This document shows positions 24,449 through 38,082 of a DNA stretch of 64,000 bases, one piece after another. The position numbers and the translations under genes were made by a program. The DNA comes from Saccostrea cucullata. Its lineage: Eukaryota. Positions within the stretch are counted from its first letter, which is position 1; every line of letters begins with the position of its first letter. Under the pieces are notes generated by a model, which worked only from the letters and a program-made list of their open reading frames with translations, made no database searches and had not been told where the DNA came from. The stretch covers positions 310,001 through 374,000 of the forward strand of contig NW_026931975.1 of NCBI RefSeq assembly GCF_032062105.1, written 5' to 3'.

Positions 24449-27400
24449 ATGGCCACTGTTCGTTATATTTTATTTGTCTTATTGGAAAGTGTTTTCCTTG
24501 CCCAGTAAGTATATGTTTAGATTTCTAGTATATTAAGTTATGATAATTATATCCATTTGACACTTTTTGAAAAAAAAGTTTTTTAATCTCGACTGAAATT
24601 CGTACGAGGAAGAAATACTACACCTGTAACACGTAGTATATATGATTTAAGCAGTGCCCAGTCATTTCTCTTATATGGCTTTTTCTTTATTTTCTTAGGG
24701 ACATACAAGCACTTTTTGAAAAAAAATATGATATAATGATAATTAAAAGAATAAAAATTCAATAAATATATTATAACTAAGTTATTCGGCGGGTATATAA
24801 TTGAAACAGAGTTTGAGAAACAAACAAAAAATTAAGCCAAACTAACGTTCTTTAAAAATTATTGCTTTAGTACCGAGTTCACAGAAGCTATATATCAGTA
24901 CTTTAAAATGTAAAATGGCATTTTTTCACTTGTTCGGTAATATAAATCCGAATCCGAAAGATTATATTATTACAAGAAATATTGTCTAGGTAAGAAGTTA
25001 AATATTTCACCAGGTAAATTCATGTCGCTCTTTAATACCGAATTACTACTACTGAACTGTCCATAGTCCTGCAAAACGCCCAATTCTCTCTGAATAAGCC
25101 TGGGACTGTCCAGTGTTAATACATGTACTTCGTTCCAGGATGAACGGCTGGAACCACCCCTAGACCGATTAAAAGCTTTCCAAAGTACGCGGATTACCTT
25201 AATGTTTTGATCTGACTTCTCAGACGAACACAGAGCGTAATTAAGTTCAGTTGAGGAGTTTCTTCGGTGGAAAAATTAACCTGATGTTTAGCAGACCTAC
25301 ATAGAATGCAAGTTATCGCAGCACGAATCAGGTGTTTTTGTAGGTTTTACGTTAGGATACATGTGTGAACTATTCCAATTATCCGTGACCCAATGCTTTT
25401 AAATCGTTTCTTTCGGGTTGCTTTTGGCAAGTCCTCAAATTGGAGAAATTCAAAGCAGGTTTAGAACGATTAGTTAGTCGTGTTTTAAGGAATGTATCGT
25501 TTTTTAATAGTTCTTGTGCCATAATTTGAAAAACATTTATGAAAAACAAAACCCTGTTTTAACTTAGTTTATGAAATGATAATTAACAATGTATAGAAAT
25601 ATGGGCAAATTCCAAAGCAATGTAGAAGAACAGGGGCATTGGAATTGGATTCGTTATGGAACACAACTGGAATATTTTAATTCTTTTCACGTTAGCTAGG
25701 TCACCAGTGCAGTGAAGAAAGCGAAATCAATCCAGCTAGTACGAAGAGGGAGTAGACGGGAAAATTAATTTCTGTAATTAAAATTAAATGACTATTTTCG
25801 TAGCACTTATTGTAAAGCAAAACAAGAATCACTCGACTTTCTAAATATACGTTATTCTAGCAAATTATATCTTCTTTTTTCCCCATGCATGAAATTTCGC
25901 TAATAATTAAAAATTAAATCTCAGTTATTACCCATGACAAAAAAAAAAAATGAAACATATCTATAAAAACCTACACGTTTAAGATTCAATCGGGAAAAAA
26001 ACTGTGTGAAAATATTTAGTGAAATTCAAAAAACAATGAGCTCTGAATCTTAATAATTTTTCTTTCAATTTTATCTAATAAATAAATAATATTAAAGGTT
26101 CCAAGACGGTATCTTCCTCTTTCCTTTAAAAAAAAGCAAGAGAACTAACGTTACAGAGTATAAATTTACAAATATTGTAAAGCAAGCACGAAAAAGTAAA
26201 TCTTTCTATGAATTTTACAGAAAAAATGAAAACGTTATATATTTTTTAAATAGTTTGCGGGCACAGACACTTAATATCTTGGCGTATGAATACAGCAGGA
26301 AATTTTGGGAGATCCCAGATCTCGGATTAGAAATGGGACAATGTGCTCATTACGTACAAGAAGTGATGCCAGGATTCCCACTCGTCCACAGATGGTAAGT
26401 TACTTTATCATATCAGTTTACTTTTTCCTTACTATAGTACACATAATTTATGCATGGAAACCAATCTTTTTTTAAGGAGGCTACCTGGGGGGAGGGGAGG
26501 GGTTAACAAATCAACCATCAGATACAATTTATCCTTTAGATATGATATTTTAAGCTGTCAACTATCATTTGGCAAAGAAAAATTTCATACATTTTAGTTT
26601 TAGAATTTGATAATTTTTGTATATCTTAATAAGTTTATATGGAGTTGCATTCTTCTAAAGAAGATAAATATGGTCTAAAAATGGCCACAGCTACCCAGCC
26701 CTCTTAAATCACTTGGGTCACTCAAGTGGTGTATTTCTTTCTGTATAATCTTTTTTTTTTGGGGGGGGGCATAATTTCCTCCTTTAAAATGGCTTTAATC
26801 AAATTAACTCAAGTGTGGCAAGGTTTTTTAAAAAAGGGTCGAACCGCAAGATTTTTGACCACAACGAACAAATATTTAATTTCTTGTTTGGCTAATGAAA
26901 AGAAATTTTGTGACGCCATTAATCAAAACGCCGATTTACAATGTAGAACAATCAAACGCGCTTTATGATACTGCTTGTATTGTAGCAGTACTTGTCTAGT
27001 GAGATATACTCACACTAAAAACAAACTTTACAACTGACTTTACCGTTGGTCACTTTGGCGTCATCATTTAAGCGTTAAGAATTAGAGTCCCTGAAGTCTT
27101 ATATAGTTTACAAACTTGCCGCCTGATAACATTGACTGAACATTTGCATAATATAAAGCAGAGAGCAAAGATAGTTTTATCTACGTTGTTCAAAGGGTCA
27201 TAATTTGAGTTATCGAACTTGTAACAAACTGACATTATGCAAATTTCACAACTTACAATCAGTCGTAACAGAAAAATGTACATAAAGGCTGCCTTGAGAG
27301 GGTGGATGGTGGGGGAATATTTGCAATACATTGACAAGAAAAAATGTGCTTGTCTAAATTAAGGTATCAAGACACGATACTGCACTCTGCTGCAATACAA

Positions 27401-29721
27401 TGCAACACATTGTAATGCCTACATGTAAATGCAAATTGACCGATGTTTTCATTTAAAGAACAGACTTGCTGGGATTTTTTAAATTCACATTATCTTTCAT
27501 ATTTATTCAATTTGATAGGAATCAAAATTAACTTTCTGTAATTATGTCGAAAGACTTTTGGACAAAGTTACGTGCAAATATTTAAAGAAAAATAAATATT
27601 TGCTCTCTTTTATATGCATCAAAATTAACAATCAAAAATTATGTCGAAAGCCTTTTTCGATAAAGTTACACATTCCTTTTTTTTTTTTTTTTTTTTTTTA
27701 CCGAACAACTAGTTAAGTATGTGAAAACGTCTAGAAAAAGTGGATACTCCTCTTTGATTGATGTGTAAATTTCTTAATTTACCTGAGAATTACTACAACA
27801 TATCTTAATAGAAATTGAACGTTATTGCACTGGACAAGAATTCTATGTCAGCCAAAATAATTATGTCCAATTTTGTTTTATGTGATTTATTGAAATAAGG
27901 TTGAAACTGACCATTTTGTCTGATTACATACATAAAATAATATACTCACCTTTTTAATTTAATTTTTTTTTTTAAAATGCCATATCTTGATAATAAATGC
28001 CACATTTTTTTTTAAATTGCTTATCTGCTTGAAGATTTTGAAATTTTAACTTTTTTTTTTAAAAACATTTTTAATTAATTATTTTTGTATTAATTGATCC
28101 TAGGATATTTTTGAATGTATAATTGAGACATAATTTTAAAAAAGAATAAAAATTAATTAAATTAACCCTTAAAAAACAATTTCAGACTTCTGCAGCCTCC
28201 CCGAGAGCGAGAAAAATAGGGACAGTAATTATCAGTAAATGTCAGGACGTGTCTAAGTTTTTCATCATGGACAGTAAACGGGTCAGTAATTGTCTAAGTT
28301 TATCAACACCGACTAAGATTGTCAGCACTTTTTTAAGTTTATCAAAACCGACAGAAAAAAGGTCAGTAATTGTCTAAGTTTTGCAGTCAAGACAGCATAT
28401 TCTCAGTAATTGTCTAAGTTTGTCAGTATAAATTGGGAATACAAGTACGATTCTGACTTAGTAGTGAACATTTTGCAAAGAAAATCAACAAGGAAACTGA
28501 TCTCAGCTGCCCCCTTCTTACCCCCCTCCCGTCCCCCCCCCCCCCCCCCCCCCGCCCCCAACTGAATTCATTGAATGGTAAGAATTGTCTGAATGCTAAG
28601 TTTTCTCCTCTGATATTTTTTTTTTATATTTTCCAGCATTTTACCACCAGTCTCGGGCCAGTCAACGTTACACCATTTCAAGTTTCAAAATGATACCCAG
28701 AATATTCAAGTTCAGTCAGCCAACGACATATTTGCTTACATTGGACTATGTGACGCCACTGCTGTTACATCACTTGGCCTGCTGCACAGGGGGGATTGCA
28801 TAGCAGTAAGTATATCAACTAAACTCACTAATTTCAACGACTTTGAAATATATTTAGAACATTTTGACAGTTAACAGTTTTGAGACTCAAAAAAGTTATA
28901 AACACCAACTTTCATTTTAAAAAGTCGTTGCTTCTTTTTTTAATTTCTGGTATATGAACCATCAAATTGGAGTGGATGAATACAGGTATTACAAATTTTA
29001 CGGCATACATTTTAAGAGAGAAAATACTTATGGTACTTCACTACAAGTCACAGTTGAACTTGAATATCTCAAATATTATTCTTATGACGGAGAGCTAGCA
29101 AACTGGGAGCCCCTATTTTATTTTTTATTTCCCCTTATAATTAAATTTCAAGAAATCCTCTGATAATCTTCTGTCACTCCCTGGCATTTTCATGTCTCTC
29201 CGTGACTTTCCCCCATGAATACCTACCGTTGTCCCTGCATGACTACTCTGTCTATCCCTGACATCCCCGATGTCCCCTGACTTTACCCCTGGTATCACTG
29301 TCTAATCTCTGATGTTCCATGACATTTTCTGACGTCCCTGTCAAGTCTCCGATATTCATTTATTCATGAGAATAAAGGTTAATTCACGAATTAGCTAATT
29401 TTTATTGTTTGTAGAAAGATATATATATAGTATATATATTAACCTGTATCCAAATGTTCCTGTCCAGCATTTATGCTAAAAGTTTGCAGGGAATTGAATT
29501 TATTAATAAGAAAAAAATAATTATTACATGGTATAGGATTTCATCCGTAATCAAAATGGAAATCAAAACTCTACACATGGAAGGAAATGTTTCTGGTATA
29601 AGATTTTAGCTTTTATTATCTGAACGAAATGAAAATTCGTATAAACACATCTAACATTGTTCACATCACGAATTAAAAGAATTTACACTTAATGATCAAA
29701 AATTGGCCTGATTATTTAATA

Positions 29722-29753
<32 letters not shown>

Positions 29754-32700
29754 TATTTCATGGCATAAAATGGTACAACGGGTAACATTAAAACTTATGG
29801 GGGAGTCGTTTTCAACGTATGGGGAATTAGATCACCGCTTCGGAGTCAGAGGAGATGTGGGTCAGTCTTTTTGGGTAAATTAGGTTTGACAAATATCCCA
29901 CGGAAGATGGCTATATATAGCTTTATCTTGTCATTTGTTGTTCTGTCATATACATACATGTATAAAAAAAAAAAACCAAATGAATATATGGATAAATTCA
30001 TAAAAATTTTCATTTGAACAACCTCCCTTTTTACAGTTAAAACATTAAGAGAAAATTTTTTTTAAAAGATTGAAATAGCCAGACTTTACAAAAATTAATA
30101 ATTGAGACATTTTCTCCTCGGTTACATTGAATACTATCGGAAAAATCACGGGAGTCGCAAAATAAAGTCAAATGCATACTTTGTGTTGTTTTCATCTCTT
30201 TTATACTGCCAATACCTATTTATTTACTCTTAGATATCTATAAATCTATGTTTGGTAACTTACTTTATAATCTGAAGTTATGAAAAGATATTTTTCTGTG
30301 GCTTTATCAGTTCTAGAAAAAAATCAGCAATATAGATTACATGAACAATTGGATTATATATCATCAGAGCACATGTGCTTGAAGGACTGTAATTTTTTCA
30401 TGTTTTTCACAAAAATTCAAACAGTCAGGAACCATCCAACATCAAAGTAATTCTGACTATCCTTCTTGTAAAAATTTTTAATATCAAACAATTTTTTTGC
30501 AGAATACTTAAATCATAGTAACTGTTATTTGCTAATGTGTTGATAAAACTTGGTTGTCAAACTGTCCGTCGTTTCAACAACCCGTGTGTCATGTGTTAAC
30601 ATTTGAACATTTTCAGCTTCTTAATTTAAAAATTGATTTACCAATTTCAACCAAATTTGGTATACAGCATCTATGATGTTGGACCGGGAACAAAAATTTT
30701 GAATTTCATGGTCCCCGCCCGTTTATGTCAAAGTGGGGTGGGGCCAAAACCACTAAAATTAATGAAATCTTTAAAAATTTCTTCTTTACTCCTGGACATC
30801 AAGCAGGCAAACTATTGGCATGAATGTAATGAGCATTGAGTCCTCTACCAAAATTGTGAAATTCATGGCCCCAGGGTCAGGGGTTTTAGTACAACAACGG
30901 GGCAATATAACAGATTATATAGTGAAAATGCAATATTTCTTTGAAAATCTTCTTCTCTGCTCCTGGGTATTAAATACACTAACTAAGCAAATTTTATGAT
31001 AATATTAACCATTTTTTTTATTTTCAAAAAAATTTGTGAATTTCATGGCCCCTTCAGGGGTTCTGGTGTTAGGGGGGATAAATTTAGATTATATAGTGAA
31101 AATGCATTATATTTTTCTTTGATTAATCTTCTTCTTGCTCCTGGGTATTAGATACACTAACTAAGCACATAGCTATGATTGAGAATATTTTGGCCTCTTT
31201 CAGATTTGTGAATTTTATGGCCCCAGGGAAGGGGTTCTGGTGTTAGGAAATGGGGCTCTATAGAATTATATAATGAAAATGCATTAATTTCTTAGAAAAT
31301 CGAAAATTTTCTCTGCTCCTGGGTATTAAATACACTAACTAAGCTACATAGTTATGATGAGCAAGAGTGCCTCTTCCAGATTTGTGAATTTTATGGCCCC
31401 AGGGCGAGGGGTTCTGGTGTTAGGGCGTGGCTCTATAGATTATATAGTGAAAATGCATTTATTCTTTGAAAATCTTCTTTTCTGCTTCTGGGTATTAGAT
31501 AAACTAACTAAGTACATAGCTATGATGACAAAACACATCTTTCAGCTAGATTTGTGAATTTTTGCCCCATACATTTTTCTGTGTTAATGATATTATCATT
31601 ATCAAATTATATAGTGAAAATGCATTAAAAATTTCTTCCGTAAATCTTCTTCTCTGCCCACACTGACATGGGCAATACTCGAAATGTACACTAACTAAGC
31701 ACATTTACTATTTGACTTAAGAAAACAGCTGAAAGGTTATTCTTTTTAGTATGAATTTAAATAACAATTTTTAAATTACATACAGCTCAAATAAAAGATT
31801 TTTACAGGCAAAAGAAAAAAAAAAATGGGATGTGAAAGGAGGTAACAACAGTTTGACAACCAAATTATATAGTAAAAATGCAAATTATTTCTATGAAAAT
31901 CTTCTTCTCTGCTCAATAATAATAAAAAAATTTTTGATATTATTAAGCACATTATATCGGGATGATCTTTTATTAGAGTGCCTCTTTCGGAAGATTTGTG
32001 AATTTTATGAATTTTTGGATATATATGGAAAATTACATATTGGTGTTAGGGTCCCCAAGCACATGTGCTCTGATGATATATATATTGTTCATGTAATCTA
32101 ATGCTGATTTTTTTTCTGATAGAAAAATATCTTCTCTAACTCCTGGGTATTAAATACACTAACTAAGCACATAGTTAAATGATGCAGTATAAAAGAGATG
32201 AAAACAACACAAAATTGTGAATTTTATGGCCCCAGGGTGATGTGCTTTGGTGTTAAACGGGACTCCCCCCTACGTAACCGTTTATATAGTAAAAATGCAT
32301 TATTTTTTTGAAAATCTTCAAGTTTAAGTTGGTATTAAAAGATAAACTTAAGCACATAGCTATTTTAAGCAAGAGTGCCTCTTCCAAAATTGTGAATTTT
32401 ATGTTTTTCCAGGGTCAGGTAAATATGAAACTGGTGTTAAGTGTTTGAGAAAACTATTGTATATATATAGTAAAAATACATTTATTGCCATTTGTAAATA
32501 TTTTTCTTTGCTTTTTATATTTAGCCAATGAAAGTATATATATATTTATGATGAAGATTCATTTGGTGCATACGTTGAAAAGTGGTTATTAATGCCCCCG
32601 TTAGTTGTATACGGGGGGTCACGTGGTTACATACCTGAAAATAAATTAATGCTTTGAAATCTGCTCTTTGTTATATTAATCAACCATTTTACATAAATAA

Positions 32701-35700
32701 AATTTGCAAAATTTTGAATATAATATATGGCCCTGGAACAGTGGTTCCTTTGTTATTTGGGTTAATTTCAATTTTTTTTAAAAGTGGAAGTGCATTTTCT
32801 CTTTGTTACTCTGAATCTACCTCTGGGTATTAAGTAAATAAGTAAGCATGCTAAGTTAATAATTATGATATGCAAGGCACCATGGAAGTTGTGCAAAATT
32901 GTAAATTGTGAATTTCATGAAAGCCTCTGGTTTAGGAACACGAACCAAATTTAATTGTTTGAAAGTTGTTACACAAACTCAGGTCCAACATCAAAGTGAC
33001 TATCCTTCTTGTAGATAATTTTTCGTTAATTAGTTAAGTATAGATGAATCACACCAGAGAACGTAAATATTTTTTTTAGATTATGCCCTTTAATTTCTTT
33101 TCTTCATGCCTGATATTTCTTAGGTTTGAAATAAATATTCCAGGTTGTCTGTATTGCGGCTTTTTATTTTGTATGTTGTTTTCTTGTTTGCACGTACATT
33201 TTATTCTCTGACGTCATTTACTATTTGTACATGTATATTGTATCAATTAAATCCATACAGTTCATATATATTTGTAGCATAAGCTCAGTTTTTCTCTTTT
33301 CATATGCTAAAATAATTTCGAGAGTCTCTATGGTCAACAATTAACGAAGCAGAACGTTTTTGTTCATTCAAACCAGAATTGGTTATCTGTGCAAAAATGA
33401 ACATAAATGTTAATATGTTCTCTTAAACATTTTACATGTTTTAGGTATTAATCTGTTGATTAGGTACGTTGATATTACAACTTAATTTTGTATCTCTATA
33501 TACATTCTTTAAACGAAAGGTGATTCGAATGTCCACTGCAAGACGGCTCATGGAAGTGAAGAAATACAGGACTGGTAAAATGGCGGAGATTAAGGGATTG
33601 CTGGGGCGTTACGAGGGGGAGATAAAGGACATAAGGAGAGAGATAGAGCAAAACTATATACAGCCCCACCTAGACTACGCCTTCCAGCCCTATTTCTCCA
33701 GACCCCAGGGTAAGTATACAGAACTACATACAGCCCCACCTAGACTACGCCTTCCAGCCTTACTTCACCAGATCCCAGGGTAAGTATACAGAACTACATA
33801 CAGCCCCACCTAGACTACGCCTTCCAGCCTTACTTCACCAGATCCCAGGGTAAGTATACAGAACTACATACAGCCCAGGCCACCTAGACTACGCCTTCCA
33901 GCCCTATTTCACCAGGCCCCACGGTAAATACAGAATTACATACAACTCCACGAAGATCTAGACTATGCCTTCCAGCCCTATTTCACCAGGTCGCAGGGTG
34001 ATTAATAATATGTTGGAGGAAAAAGAGAGTGTAGTGACAATCTAGGGAAACTATCCACGACAAGAGACAAGGGTTGATTGATTTTGTGTTGTTTACTAAA
34101 CGAGGGAGAGAGAGAGAAAGAAAGAAAGAGAAAGCTTGACCTGTTTTGAGTCTTTTATGTTTTAGTTTTGAGTCTTTTATGCAGTGAAATTTATTGACAT
34201 GTTGAGAAAAAAATTACCATTAGTTTTATCTATTTTATTCACTATAGGACTTCAGTTTCGCAGTGGCACAGACAGAGCATTATGGGAGAAGGCATCAATT
34301 ACAGAGGTCAAAATTATCAAAGCCCAGGCTCGCCAGAGGTCCATATTGCGAAGAGTAAGTAAGAATGTGGTGTGTCGTTGGAGACAGGATGGAATGAGCT
34401 GTAGATAGGGTGAATGTTGTATTCAGGATAGGATGTGGTCAGATGCAAGGTTAAATGTTGCTGTAGGCAGAATGAAATGTGGTAGGTAGGGTGGAATGTG
34501 ACTGCAGACATGATGAAATGTGGTGGTAGGTAGGATGAAATGTGGCTGTAGGCAGAGTGAAATGTGGCTGTAGACAGAGTGAAATGTGGCTGTAGACAGA
34601 GTGAAATGTGGCTGTAGACAGAGTGAAATGTGACTGTAGACAGGATGAAATGTGGTGGTAGGCAGGGTGGAATGTGACTGTAGACAGAGTGAAATGTGGT
34701 GGTAGACAGGATGAAATGTGGTAGGCAGGGTGGAATGTGACTGCAGACATGATGAAATGTGGTGGTAGGTAGGAATAAATGTGAATGTAGGCATGGTGAA
34801 ATGTGGCTGTAGGCAGGGTGAAATGTGGCTGTAGACAGAGTGAAATGTGGTGTAGACAGGATGAAATGTGGCTGTAGACAGAATGAAATGTGGTGGAAGG
34901 TAGGGTGGAATGTGGTGGTAGGCAGGATGGAATGTGACTGTAAACATGATGAAATGTGGTAGGTAGGAATAAATGTGGCTGTAGACAGGGTGAAATGTGG
35001 CTGTAGACAGGATGAAATGTGACGGTAGAAAGGATTAAATGTGGTGGTAGCCAGAGTGGAATGTGACTGTAGACAGAGTGAAATGTGGTGGTAGACAGAG
35101 TGGTATGTGACTATAGAAAGGATGAAATGTGGTGGAAGGTAGGGTGGAATGTGACTGTAAACAGGATGAAATGTGGTGGTAGGTAGGAATAAATGTGGCT
35201 GTAGACAGGATGAAATATGGTGGTAGAAGGGATGAAATGTGGTGGTAGGCAGAGTGGAATGTGACTGTAGACAGGATGAAATGTGGTGGTAGGCAGAGTG
35301 GTGTGTGACTATAGATAGGATGAAATGTGGGAGGTAGGGTGGATTGTGGTGGAAGGCAGGGTGGAATGTGCCTGTAAACTGGATGAAATGTGGTGGTAGG
35401 TAGAATGAAATGTGACTGTAGACAGAGTGAAATGTGGTGGTAGGCAGGGTGGAATGTTGCTGTAGGCAGTGTGAAATGTAGCTATAGGCATGCAGGGTGA
35501 ATGTGGTGCTATCCAAAATAGGATATGGTCGTAAGCAAGGGGAAATATGATGGAAAGAATCAGGTTGTAGACACGATGGGTTGTGGTCGTATGAAATGGG
35601 GATTTATATTATTGTAAGGGCACAGTGCCATATATGTGAGGCATGCAGGTTGCAGTTTGACTGTAAGAAGAGTTGGTATTGTTCAAAGGTAACAAAAGTT

Positions 35701-37091
35701 GCATGGTTAATACTTGCTTACATACCACATATGGTCACTGACCATTGATAAAATTCTTTAACTGTGTTTTAAACGCTCTCCATTTACCAAGACTCCACAA
35801 GACTTTAGGATCAACTCCTTAATGTAGCTTTAAGTTGAAATAACTTTTTTATACCCCACGCAACAAGTTGCGTGAGGTATGTTTTTGACCGTCAGTCCGT
35901 CAGTCCTTTTTTGTCAGCGCAACTCGTAAACCGCTACACAGAACTTCGTCAAACTTTGGTGCAGATATTTAGGACACAATGTGTAGATGTGCATATTACC
36001 AGGGAATTCCGATTCCTTTATTTTTTCCGGGAATTTCCGCACTTTTCAACTTAGATTTTGGCCATATCTTGAATATAGAGATGAATAGTTTGTCAGCGCA
36101 ACTCCTCAGCTGACAACTCAAACTTTATATTTAGGACACAATGTGTAGTGTTAAGGAAATTCTTTTCATTTTTTCTGGGAATTTCCGAACATTTCAGCTT
36201 AAATTTTTGACTATATCTTGAATATAGATATGAACAGTTTGTCAGCGCGACTCCTCATAAACCGCTGCACAGAATTTCGTCAAAATTTGCAGATATTTAG
36301 GACACAATGTGTAGACATGCACATTACCAGGAAATTCCGATTCCTTCATATTTGCCGGGAATTCCTGCAATTTTTAACTTAGATTTTTTGCCATATCTTG
36401 AATATAATGATGAATAGTTTGTCAGCGCAACTCCTTATAAACCGCTGCACAGAATTTGGGCAAACTTTGCAGATATTTAGGACACAATGTGTAGAAGTGC
36501 ATATTACCAAGAAATTCCAATTCCTTTATTTTTTTCCGGGAATTTCAGCACTTCGACTTTTGGGGGAGCGTGGGGTTTGTGAGCTTACTCACTTTTTCTT
36601 TCATTTTGTTTAAAAGAAAACATATAGTATTGGTTATAGCTACCTGTAAGACTAAGTTACTCAGTAATCAAATTATATGATGAACTTTTCAACGACAAGT
36701 ATAACATGACTTTTATTCTCTTCAGTGTAAGCGGATCATGTTGCCCAGTTGTGCCACAATGAAAACTCTTAAGTTAAACATCAAACTACTTAAAGGAGCG
36801 TTCGATACAGAGAGACAAAAATGGGTCAATCTAAGTGTGAAACAAAAACAACAAACAGTGGAAACAACTAGAAAGAAGATCAACAACTTGGCACAGCAAC
36901 AGTCGAAAATGATTTCTCAGTTTAAGCAATGGCGAAGGCAACAGAAAGCCGCGAAGAGAGCCGAGAAATTAAAACAGAAGAAACTCCGCCAGAAACAGAG
37001 ATCACAAAGAAAGAAATCCAAGAAAATTAAAATGAACAGAGGCAAAATAGTGTTGTTAACCAATAACACTATCCTACAGAATGTTGTGTAG
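24449..37091 (+). CDS. Uncharacterised, probably secreted protein, ~342 aa, 6 exons, with Lys/Arg/Gln-rich C-terminal helix
   Basis: Exons 24449-24504, 26254-26394, 28637-28805, 33520-33709, 34248-34354, 36726-37091. All five donors are GTAAGT, intron phases 2,2,0,1,0 match, and 1029 nt are open. N-terminus MATVRYILFVLLESVFLAHLRA is signal-peptide-like. No family recognised. Confidence 0.82.
28215..28430 (+). repeat. Degenerate ~40-bp repeat
   Basis: CAGTAATTGTCTAAGTTT recurs 4-5 times. Confidence 0.65.
30560..32950 (-). mobile_element. Degenerate HINE with ~170-bp repeats, reverse orientation
   Basis: Reverse-complement HINE core (CCAATTTCAACCAAATTTGG), then repeats of TTGTGAATTTTATGGCCCC...TATATAGTGAAAATGCATT...CTCCTGGGTATTA. 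Heavily scrambled in its second half. Confidence 0.7.
33649..34000 (+). repeat. 70-bp tandem repeat (5 copies) of exon-4 end plus donor of the unknown gene
   Basis: CAGCCCCACCTAGACTACGCCTTCCAGCC...CAGG|GTAAGTATA at 33661, 33731 and 33801, with diverged copies at ~33871 and ~33944. Confidence 0.93.
34430..35510 (+). repeat. ~22-bp degenerate minisatellite (GAAATGTGGCTGTAGACAGAGT)
   Basis: Continuous for ~1.1 kb in intron 5 of the unknown gene. Confidence 0.92.
35846..36610 (-). mobile_element. HINE with ~4 x 150-180-bp repeats, reverse orientation
   Basis: T-run, hairpin ATACCCCACGCAAC-AA-GTTGCGTGAGGTAT and GTCA/GTCC microsatellite. Repeats anchored on TTTGTCAGCGC at ~35910, 36089, 36238 and 36417. 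Confidence 0.8.
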
Positions 37092-38045
37092 CTTTAGTAC
37101 TATACCGGTATTTTAATTGTTATTGTTAAAACTTTCTTTAAATTGTTATGCTTTCTTTATTGCATGGAGAGTTGGAGATTTGTTATCTTCTAACATAAGA
37201 TGGTAATGACAATACAATTTAAAACAATATGAATGGTTCTTATTCAAACGTATACATTTACCAATAATGACTGAGATACTATATAGTTACTCAATGGCTG
37301 TTTTCTAAACTTCAACAACAGTCCTAATGGTTTGATATTTTTAAAAATGTCTACTTCTGAAGTAAGCCTTGATTGCTCGTTAATTATTTCCCAAAACTAA
37401 ATAAAAACATGAAAACTTTTACGTAAACTGTTTTAAGACTGCAGGACTTTCATCCTCTCAATGCCGTGAGACCTGGCATTGCGAGGATGTAGGACTCTGG
37501 TCTAGCCGTTTGCCTGTTTGTCTGTATGAACAATTTTTCACATACAGTTAAAACTAATTATTTTTCTGGTTTTTGATGTCAATGAATGTTTAAAATAGAA
37601 TATTTTGCAATTCTTATTTAAGTTATGTCAGAAGACGAAGTTCATGTATTACATTTGGTAAACTGACAGCCTGACAACACCAACTATTTTATTGTATTTT
37701 GATATTTGAATGATTTTTAATTCCAGTAAATTATTGAAGTATTACAAACAGAAATTTTGAAAAAAAATCTTTCTACCAACACAATTTGGAAATGTTTTAA
37801 AATTTTCAAAATTCATAACAAGTGACTATTGTCTCCCAATAGAGATGGGCAGATGGCTAATGTTGAAAGAAATGAAAGCTTGTGTTATTTGTGCAGTAAA
37901 AATTAAATTGGAGATCAATTTCAGAACTTAATGGAATGGAATGAATTAGGTAATAATTGGAAAATAATTGTTGTAAAAGTATTATTGTATGATCTAATTG
38001 TTAGAATATTCTGAACTTTGATGACAAATTCTGATCTTGCATTCT

Positions 38046-38047
<2 letters not shown>

Positions 38048-38082
<35 letters not shown>

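Noticed and set aside
24950-25760. Coding-looking stretch in intron 1 of the unknown gene
   Set aside because: Stops in the frames I checked and no ORF of 60 aa or more in the track. Flanking exons already join in phase without it.
34317-35516. 399-aa His/Thr/Ser/Phe-rich ORF and overlapping ORFs on the minus strand
   Set aside because: They translate a 22-bp minisatellite that is open in several frames because stops are compositionally rare, and lie antisense in an intron.
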